NCBI RefSeq assembly: GCF_963921235.1
Contig: NC_086097.1
Span: 129,520,001-129,584,000, forward strand
Reading direction: 5' to 3'
Length of the DNA: 64,000 nucleotides
DNA from: Mobula hypostoma
Lineage: Eukaryota
Below the pieces are notes generated by a model. It saw only the letters and a program-made list of their open reading frames with translations. It made no database searches and was not told the DNA's origin. The position numbers and the translations under genes are program-made. This document shows, piece after piece, positions 54,925 to 64,000 of the stretch. The number at the start of each line of letters is the position of its first letter. The first letter of the stretch is position 1.

Positions 54925-56125
54925 AGACCATAAGACTATAAGACATAGGAGCAGAACTAGGCCATTCAGTCCATTCAGTCTGCTCGGCCATTTTATCATT
55001 CTTTCATGGATGATTTATTATCCCTCTCAATCTCATTCTCCCTGTAACCTTTGATACCATGATTAATGAATAACCTATCAGCCTCCGCTTTGTATATACC
55101 CAATGACTTGACCTACACAGCTGTCTGTGGCAAAAAATTTCACAGATTCACTACCTTCTGGCTAAAGAAGGTTTTTCTCATCTCTGTTCTAAATGGACAT
55201 GTCTCAATTCTGAGGGTGTGCCTTCTGGTCCTAGACTCCCTCACTATAAGAAACATCCTCTCCACATCCACTCTATCTAGGCCTTTCAATATTCAATATG
55301 TTTCAATGAGATCCTCTCAATCTTCTAAACTCCAGCAAGCACAGGCTCAGAGCCATCAAACACTCCTCATATGTCAACCCTTCCACTCCTGGGATCATTC
55401 TTGTGAACTTCCTCTGGATCCTCTCCAATGTCAGCACATCTTTTCTGACATAAGAGGCCCAAAAGTACTCGTAATATTCCATGTGCACTCTGATCAATGC
55501 CTTAGAAAGCCTCAGCATTACATCCTTGCTTTTGCTTTCTAGTCCTCTTGAAATAAATGCTAACATTAGCTTCCTTATTATCAACTCAACCTGCAAGTTA
55601 ACCTTTAGGGAATTCTGCACAAGGACTCACAGGTCCTTTTGCACCTCTGATTTTTGAATTTTCGCTACATTTAGAAAATAGTCCATACCTTTATTCCTTC
55701 TGCCAAAATGCATGTCTGTGCATTTTCTTACACTATATTCTACCTGCCATTTTTTTGCCCATTCCTCCAAGTCCTGCTAACACCCCACTTTCTCAACACT
55801 ACCTGCTTATCTTCATATTGTCCACAGACTTGGCCACAAGGCCATCAATTCCCTGTCCAAATCATTGACATATAACATGAAAAGAAGGTTCCTCAACACC
55901 GACCCCTGCAGCACACCACTAGTCACTTGCAGCCAACTAGAAAAATCCCCTTTATTCCCACAATTTGCCTCTTGTCAGTCAACCAATCTTCTATCCATGC
56001 TAGTACCTCTCCTGTAATACCGTGAGCTCTTATCTTGTTAAGTAACCTCATGTGCAGCACTTTGTCAAATGCCTTCTGAAAATCCAAATAAACAACATCC
56101 ACTGACTCTCCTTTGTCTATCCTGC
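54925..56125 (-). mobile_element. CR1 LINE fragment (RT C-terminal half and 3' tail), frameshifted
   Basis: LAFISRGLESKSKDVMLRLSKALIR...LERIQRKFTRMIPG; DFQKAFDKV motif near 56060-56085; (CATAAGAC)-type tail repeat. Confidence 0.92.
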
Positions 56126-56489
56126 TTTATATCTATTTCTTGGTAAACAGCACCATCTCATGAGAATTTTGCACATTGCAAGTTATTTGTTGAGTCTATT
56201 AATGAGGAGCCTATTAGGTTTGCTTGCATGCAGTCATTGAGAAGGAAGTACATCTGAGACTTCCAGCCACACGTGCACTGTTAGAGACAGAGATTTGACA
56301 CAGAGGCTCATTGATAAATTTGAAGAATTGAACCTGTCAGCTGCTCTTTTGCTGGATTCATCGTGGGGAACTACTCTGGGAAAACCTCCTCTTGTACCCT
56401 AAAGGAATTGGCGCAAGATCCAAGACCTCATTGATTGATACTTACAAACCTTTAAGGCAAGAGTTGTGAAAAGCTGCATTAACAGGTGT

Positions 56490-57550
56490 AACATCATGTT
56501 ATCAAAAAGTTGATGAATGCACAGAATGCATAGATGGCTTTTTTGAACATGTATTCGATGGTGAGGAATTTTGTGCCTGTGACAGAGCTGGCTAAATCTA
56601 CAACCCTCTGCAGCCTCTTGCGATCCTGTGCATTAGAGCCTGCATACCAGTCTATGATGCATTCTGTCAGAAAGCTCTCCACCATGCACCTATAGAATTT
56701 CCAAGTATCTTTAATGACAAACAAAATCTCTTCAAACTTCTAACGAGGCATAGCCACTGTTGTGTCTTCTTTCTGATTGCATCAATGGGTTGGGCCCGGG
56801 ATAGATCCTTGAAGATGTTAACATCCAGGAACTTGAAGCTGCTCATCCTTTCCAATCCCTTTCAGTGATTACTGGTGCCTGTTCTCTTAACTTCCTTCTT
56901 GAAGTCCACAATCAGTTCCTTGATCTTGCTGATGTTGAGTGTGAGACCATTGTTGCAACACCATTCAACCAGCCAATCTATCTCACTTCTTAATTGGTAA
57001 TTGGTTTATTATCGTCAAATGTGCCGGGATACAGTGAAAACCTTTGCTTTGCATGCAATCGAAGCAGGAAAAAAAATCAAAATGCATTGAGGTAGTGCAA
57101 AGGCAAAAGCAGTAACAGAATGTTGAATACAATATTACAGTTCCAGAGGCAGTGGATGCAGGTAGACAATAGTGCAAAGGTCACACCAAGGAAGATTGAA
57201 AGACCAGAAGTTCATCTTAATTATACAAGAGGTCCATTCAAGAGTTCTGTAACAGCAGGATAGAAACTGTCCTTGAGCATGATGGTGCATGCTTTCAAGA
57301 TTTGGTATCTTACACTCAATAGAAGAGAGAATGATTGAGATTGGAGGGATCTTTGATTATGTTAGCTGCTTTCCCGATTCAGTAGGAAGTGTATACAAAG
57401 TCAATGTAAGGTAGGCTGGTTTTCATGGTGGTCTGAGCTGTTTTCATAATCTCTGCACTTCTTGCTGTCTTGGACAGAGCAGTTGCCATGGTTGCCAGAG
57501 CAGTGATGCATCTGGATAGGATGCTGTCTATGGTGGACCCATAAAAACTG
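56490..57550 (-). mobile_element. Two Rex1/Babar-like LINE fragments (about 56490-56985 and 56990-57550)
   Basis: ERMSSFKFLDVNI...KKTQQWL and FYRCMVESFLTECIIDWYAGSNAQDRKRLQRVV. Confidence 0.8.
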
Positions 57551-57569
57551 GTGAACAAATGAAATGAAG

Positions 57570-58250
57570 AAAAAGCGACAGGGTAATGGAGTCTGACATC
57601 AGTAGTAGGGAAAATGCTTGAAACTCATGGTTGTATAGTAATTACAAAATAATAGTAGGATTGGAAAGAGTGAACATGTATTTATGAAAAGTGTTTGACA
57701 AATCTGTTGTTTTCTTGAGATGATGACAATCAGTGCATCTGGCGCATTTGGACTTTATAAAAGCCTTTGATGAAGTGCCTTGCAAGATGTTATTAAAAAG
57801 ATTAGAGCACATGTGATTGTAATACAGTATATTGGTATGGACTGAGAATTGGCTATTGGGCAAAGAACAAGGAATAAGAATAAAGAGATCATTTTCAGGT
57901 TTAAATACTGTGATTAGAGGTTGCCAAATGGATCGGTGCTGGGGCTCTAGCAGTTCAATCTGTATCAATTATTTGGACAAGGGGACTAAGTTTAATAAAT
58001 CTGAGTTTGTTCCTGATATTAAGGAGAACATATAGTCTTCAATGAATTATTAACAAGGTAAGTGAATTTAAAAGGATATGGCAGATAGAATACAATGTGG
58101 AAAATGTGCGGTCATCCACTTAGTGGGAGGTAGAAAAAGACCAATGCTGACAGTGAATGATGTTGGTGCTCAGACAGTCCTACATGTCCTTCCTGAATGA
58201 CTGAAAATGAATATACAGGTAGGGCAAGTAATTGGTAAGGTAAACTTTAT
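57570..58250 (+). mobile_element. Highly decayed CR1 RT fragment
   Basis: TTGGACTTTATAAAAGCCTTTGAT (LDF.KAFD) and WTENWL..KEQ motifs. Confidence 0.75.
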
Positions 58251-58699
58251 TAGTTCCTACTGAATTGATCTTGATTTTTAAAAAATTGTTTCAGTATGTT
58301 TTATTAGTTTTAAATATCTCTGAATATTGACGGCAAGCTGAACCAGTGAGCATGGATTTCCTTATCCAGTCAACAACAAGCAGGCACTCACCTCCAGCTT
58401 GTCCGACACATGCGCAGAATCCATTGGGAAATATCGCAAGATCCGAGTCTGCGCAAGACAACGGCAACAATAATAGAAGCATCTCAGAAAACTTGTAACA
58501 GAGCTGCAAATGCAAAGTAAACCACTGGTTGCTTTCTTTCCTTTCTTCTCCCATCAAAGATTTCAGCTGCTGTTTTACATGGGAGGATTGCATTGCACTG
58601 CATAGGGAGTTTCCACCAAGGAATAGACTGGTACCTAGATGCAAATTGATAATAGGGGAATCTGTAAGAGGTAGAAGTGTGGTTACTATATATTGTAAG

Positions 58700-58960
58700 T
58701 AAGCAGTGAGCATGGACCTTTTATATTCTGAGCCATTCTGATTTTGAGGGAAGAGCCCAGACACCCGGGATTACTCTTTGGTTCTTCTTCCAAATAGACA
58801 CAGAGGATTCTTTATGGCAGCCATGTGTGAATGAATGTTAGGTCCCAGTTAAACAAGACTGACCTCATCATGTTATATCGCTTTGTTGGCCTAGCTTTTT
58901 ACTTTGAAATCTCTGGAGTGAAACTTACCCACTGTTTTCCAACACGAAAGCAGTTGTGTT
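58700..58960 (-). mobile_element. Diverged Deu-domain SINE
   Basis: TTGAGGGAAGAGCCCAGACACCCGGGATTACTC...TTCTTCCAAATAG resembles the reverse complement of the Deu domain. Confidence 0.5.
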
Positions 58961-59254
58961 ACCAAATAAGCTGGAGTTATAATAAAGTGAACAAGATTCA
59001 CTGAAGTGGTAATGAGAAAAACTTGAAAGAATTGCATTTCTACAGACTCTTCACAGCATGAAGTATCACTCTATACCCTGAAACTAATCCTAATCCAAGC
59101 CCAGTTTGAGATCAACATCGATCATATTCCTGTCGACTCTTAAAAACATCCCTTCCAATTTTAATTATGTGTACCTATTTCTGGGTTCTCCTGTGTTCTA
59201 TACTATTTTATACTGAAAACATGAGTTGTTGGTCATCATCAATATGTCTAACTC

Positions 59255-59800
59255 TTACAATGATGGCTCCATTGGTGGAGTTCATCCATGGATGTTGTAT
59301 CCTAGCTGCTGAAGTTGATACTCAAGACAGGACTGTTGCCCACGCAGAAGGCTCTCCCTCTACACACAGCTGATGAATCCAAAGGGACGACAAAGACCGA
59401 TAGTTTGGCACCAGCAGTGTTGTAGGAGTTGCCAGTCAGCTTTGATCTCACGTTAGGACTGCCCTAGGGATTCCAGCTCCAGGTTTTTCCTCAGGGCTTA
59501 CCCCCAAAACCATCCCCATGAGTAGGTACAGCCGCAAGGCAGCAGAAGTTTGAGATCTGACTTTTCCTTCTCCTAGATGAGGTGCCGATCAAGGCTGATG
59601 AGCCTCATCTGCCCAAAGTGACTGGTTTTAAGGGACCTTTGCACCTTCTGCTGTCAGTAGAAACGGTTCCACCAGGCTTAGTAACTAAGCTACATGTGAA
59701 GGCCAGGAGATGGACTTGTTTGACAGAGATGCACACCATTGGCAACATTTAATAGGTAGAGGATGCTTATCCCCACTAACCCCCGAGCTATGACAACCTT
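59255..59800 (-). mobile_element. Non-autonomous retroelement, probably RTE-clade derived (copy 2, longer 5' end)
   Basis: Aligns by eye with 945-1190 and has about 190 nt of additional 5' sequence containing structured motifs. Confidence 0.6.
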
Positions 59801-61029
59801 AAGAAACTGCTCTTGCAATCGAGTGGTAAATTTAATAGAGTAATTTAATGGTGGGTTGATGAGACCGTGAGGTACCCAATGATGTTCATTCCACTCGTGA
59901 ACCACCTCCCTTCCAAAAAACATCTTCCCAAAAGAATCTGTTGAAAAACATACAATTGAATGTTTGTCTCCAATTCTGACAAATAATCTGCAAACAGATC
60001 TTGTTTATAATTGGACTTCAGTGTGAAGTATGGAGTTATAAAATTTTCTGATTACTGATCAGCAGTGTTCAGTATCCTTTCATTAACAAATTCTTGCCGA
60101 AAATATAGCAGATAGTCTCATCTATTGGTTGATAGCGCCATCTAATGATCTCACTAAATATTTCATCAAATAAATTTTGTGTGTGTTAGAATCGTCATAC
60201 TAATTTGGAGAAAAAAATTAATGATTGTAATTTCATTGATGCAATAATTCCACAAAATGAATACAAAACTTGGAAGAGTGAGACATTGTAATCTGCAGGA
60301 GAATTCTTGGCATATCTGCACACAGCTCGGTTATGGGTTGGGTAGTTAGTGATGCTGATGTTCTGAAATGAGAATTTGATTTTAGACAACAATTTGTGTG
60401 AAAACATTACCTGAAAAAGCATTTGAAGTAAATTCAAAAACAATTCTTAAAAGGATTACATAATATATCTAAAAAGGAGAGGCTTGCAAGACAACGTGGA
60501 TTGTGCCAAATTAGATAAATCTTTCAACTAACCAACACAGGCACAATAGGCAAGTTTCCTCTTTCTATGGTGTAGTTATTCTAAATCTCTGAGGGTGAGT
60601 GGTGCTGCTTCGGACAAGAAGAAATGGATGACATATGGGTGCAAAATGTAACATTTGAAGTTCTGCAAGAATTCCAGTGCCTAAATTGGATAAAATCACG
60701 CATGGAGATAAAATGACAAGAGTTAAACTGAGAGAGCGAGAATGATGAAATATTGGACGAACTTCCTCCAAAGTTAAGCCCAAGTCCCAAGCAAAATTTA
60801 CTTAAATCTCTAAGTAAAATCAGCAAATGTACAGTTAAGTCAGACCATATCAGTGGAGGTAGAGGAAAAAGATGAACAATTCAAGTTTTTGGCCTATCGG
60901 TACTTCTCTTTCTGCAGATGCTGCACAACCCATTCAGTGTTACCATCACTTAGCTCAGAGTAATAACGTTGAAAGGGGACAGTGAAAGCTGAGGTGGATT
61001 GTGATGGGAGAGGAAAGGAAAAGACCTCC

Positions 61030-61190
61030 AGTTCACTCTGCGTTTGCGGGGTTCGTTATCGGTGTCCGTTATTACGGGTCGTCGTCCTGCGCAGACTCCG
61101 ATCTCGCGATGTTTCCCGGCTGATTCCGCGCATGTGCTGGGAGTCCCGGCGGCGGGGGAGTCGGAGGTGAGTGTGTGGTTGTCGGTGACT
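61030..61190 (+). promoter_or_regulatory. CpG-island promoter and probable non-coding first exon of TXNL4A
   Basis: Dense CpG cluster with TCTCGCGA (61102-61109, BANP-type motif) and NRF1-like GCGCATGTGC. Strong donor GAG|GTGAGT at 61166/61167; candidate acceptor AACAG| at 63455. Confidence 0.7.
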
Positions 61191-61524
61191 GGGTTTGGGG
61201 TTGTGAACCAGAGCCCTAATTTTCCCATCATTTCCCTCCCACACACACACTCTTCCTCTAACCTCCTTCCCACTCCCCCGCTTACTCCCTCCTTCCCTCC
61301 CTCCTCCGTCATCCCTCTTTCCCTCCACTGTTACGGAGCATAATTTTTCAGGTGTGTCACTAAGAAAAGGCCTGTGTTAAAAGTAGAGTGACCGCTTATG
61401 TTCTCAGTAATCCTGAATATGCGCAGAGATCTTGGTTCAATGCTTACTCTTTTGCTGCCTGAGTGTAGTTTGCTTATTTTCCCCGTGACTGCGTGCGTTT
61501 CCTCCCAGACCCCAAAGTCAAAGG

Positions 61525-62075
61525 AACATTTATCAGAATGCGTACATACGACCGAGAGATACTTTTTCCTATGACCATACTCAGCAAATTTATAGAGCAG
61601 TAACAACCAACTGTGCAAGTGCAAATGTAAATAACGAGCATGAAATATCAAGATAAAGAGCCTTAAACTGAGACGGTCGGTTGTGGAAACATCCGAAATA
61701 GAATGAGTGTAGTTATCCCCTTTTGTTCAAGAGCCTGATGGTTAAGGGGGAGCAACTATTCTTGAATTTGGTGGTGCGAGTCCTGAGGCACCTGTACCTT
61801 CTATCTAATGTCAGCAGCGAGAAAAGACTTAGCCTGGGTGATGAGGATCTTTGACGATGGTAGTGTTTCAGATCAATGGTTGGGAGGGCTTTACCCAATA
61901 TGTACTGGGCCAAATCCACTACTTTTTGTAGGATTTCCCACTCAGACATCGGTGTTCCCACGCTAGGCTGTAATGCAGACAGTCAGCACACTTTCCACCA
62001 CACATCTATAGAAGTTTGCCAAGGTTTTGGATGACACGCCGAATCTCCACAAACTCCTGAGGAAGTAGAGGCTCA
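61525..62075 (-). mobile_element. Rex1/Babar-like LINE 3' fragment in the TXNL4A 5' intron
   Basis: LQKVVDLAQYI...RRYRCLRTRTTKFKNS. Confidence 0.8.
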
Positions 62076-63617
62076 CTAAAAATACCTAGTGTTTAGGTGA
62101 ATGATAGACCCTGACAAGAGTTGACGAGAATGTGGAGAAGATTTTTAAAATACACATAGGATTAATGTAAACATGTGCTTGATGGTGCAGATTTGATAGA
62201 GCCTGTTTCTGTGATGTATCTTCCTATGATTCTCTTGACTTCTCTTGGTCCAAAGACAGTGGAGATCCTGAATAGTTCGACAGTCAGTTAATTTTGTTCG
62301 TCTGTAAACCTGGCAGAGGTGCTCCTGAGAAGGTACTGGCATCTCTCCAACTAGCTCACACAACTGTCTTGTGTGCAACCAGCCTGCCCAAGCCAAGCCC
62401 TGGGATCTAATTCTAAATGTTGGGTTCAAAACTGGAATCAGTCCTAGTATTATCAGTCCTTTAGCTCGGCTTGGGCTGGACCAAGATGGCACTTCACGAA
62501 GTTCACTACTCTTGAGATATCATAAGAGCTAATTCATTTTATTGTCATCTGACTGTACATAGACACAACCAAGTGAAAGAACATTTCTCCAGACCATGGT
62601 GCACCTGTTAATAAAATATAATTCAAAGTGCATGTAGTTTGCAGCACAGGTAAACAATATAGTAAACAATTGACCTTGTTTTTGGGAACATGCAATTGGC
62701 AAGGGAAGTTGTTCTTGTTTCACTACGGAACCTAGCAACGTGATCTGAGTCTAGCATGATCCAATCATGTGTTGGCTTCAGTTTGATATCAAAGGACTAA
62801 GTCCCTGAGTTTTGTTTATGTTGATTGTGTTAGACCTCACGGTTCTCTACACAAATTCCAAGTCAGCCAGTTGCTGATCTTTAGCAAAGTGAAAGAGAGT
62901 GTAGCTAGCAGCATTATTGAGCCACGGGTGCTTGCCAGTAACCTCATAGGCCAAATGGCCTAATTCTGCTCCTATACCTTATGGTCTTATGATCTCATCA
63001 TTGCTGTGCTTGAAGTTGCATTTTTATGTTTAAAATTAAGTAGGTAAAAGTGGGAATGTGTATGCCTTGCACATGGACTTTCCCTTTGTAAACTGTTGGT
63101 TTCACAGATCCATTAGAGATCAGCTGGAAAAGTAATTTAAAACTGGATATTTAAATTGTTGATGTTCCTCTAAATTGAAACATGCTGTTCTTTTGTTTAT
63201 TCCATGTATTAATGTTAAAATAGTTCAGCATGGTCTAGAAGGGTCTGTTTGTGTGGTATGGTACTCTGTGACCAAGAGCTCAAATGGTGCACTCTAAATA
63301 AATGAACTAGTACAAGTGGGACATTATGCAGAGTAAACAGGAGATGAAATTTCTGTGCAGTATTTTCATTTACTGGAATTGTGTTTATTACAGCTGTGTT
63401 GTCATTTTTTAAATATTTTATTTAAACTAATATCTTTGCCACTTATATATAACAGGTCATCTCAATCTTTCCAATTTTTGAAGACCACTTCAGCCATACT
63501 GAACTTCTACTCATTAGTTGAACTGCCTGGTTTAGGAGTACTTGAAACTCTCATTTGTTTGTACAATAACTTGGAGCTCTTTTTATTCGTATTGGAAGTT
63601 TGTGCAACTCTGCCAAC

Positions 63618-63770
63618 ATGTCATATATGTTACCCCATCTTCACAATGGTTGGCAAGTTGACCAGGCCATTCTGTCAGAGGAAGATCGTGTTGTTGTCAT
63701 TCGTTTTGGTCATGACTGGGATCCAACTTGCATGAAGATGGATGAGGTGTTGTACAGTATTGCTGAAAAG
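63618..63770 (+). CDS. TXNL4A: TXNL4A (DIM1, U5 snRNP 15 kDa protein) first coding exon; gene continues beyond window
   Basis: MSYMLPHLHNGWQVDQAILSEEDRVVVIRFGHDWDPTCMKMDEVLYSIAEK is the highly conserved Dim1 N-terminus. Kozak context CCAACATG, 153 nt, donor AAG|GTGAGT. Confidence 0.97.
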
Positions 63771-64000
63771 GTGAGTATTTGAAAGTATAATGGGATGCAG
63801 CAAAATTTTGTATTAATATTATTTAAATAGAATACCAGAAAAATGATCAGCCAAGGCTACATTTAATCAAAGTATGGCAACATAGGGGTGAAAATACTTG
63901 ACCAGTGTTCAAAGATTAGATTGTTGATCTGGAGACATTAGTTGAAATCTCGCTAAGACAGCTGGCGACTTAAATTCAGAAAATTAGGTAAACTGGCAAT

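Noticed and set aside
59368..59400. CTGATGA-ATCC-AAAG-GGAC-GACAA as a hammerhead ribozyme
   Set aside because: GAAA core absent, no stems I or III, and the homologous position in copy 1 lacks CTGATGA.
60950..61343. ORFs of 62-120 aa in both directions
   Set aside because: Stop-poor CpG island with no protein resemblance.

Overview
Vertebrate genomic DNA. The repeat content (V-SINEs, Deu-domain SINEs, CR1, Rex1/Babar, Penelope-like tails) suggests a cartilaginous fish; this is an inference. The window holds a complete TFAP2A (AP-2 alpha) gene on the minus strand. It has three alternative first coding exons (1c 41419-41451, 1a 37464-37514, 1b 35391-35417), shared exons 2-7 (35164 to 24717) and a GC-AG intron 3. 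At the right end, head-to-head with TFAP2A, is the start of TXNL4A/DIM1: a CpG-rich promoter near 61.1 kb and a first coding exon at 63618-63770. TFAP2A sits in a block of about 27 kb (20.3-47.7 kb) that retains CpG and has no transposon I could recognise, while the flanks are full of decayed retroelements. Points of interest: the TFAP2A-TXNL4A adjacency; two copies of a non-autonomous retroelement with a covarying RNA stem and an HDV-ribozyme-like module; an L1 insertion with a perfect 15-bp TSD; a possible fourth first exon; and several candidate enhancers and CTCF sites. I found no clearly new protein-coding system. All repeat-family calls come from recognising sequence by eye, not from a database search, and repeat boundaries are approximate.
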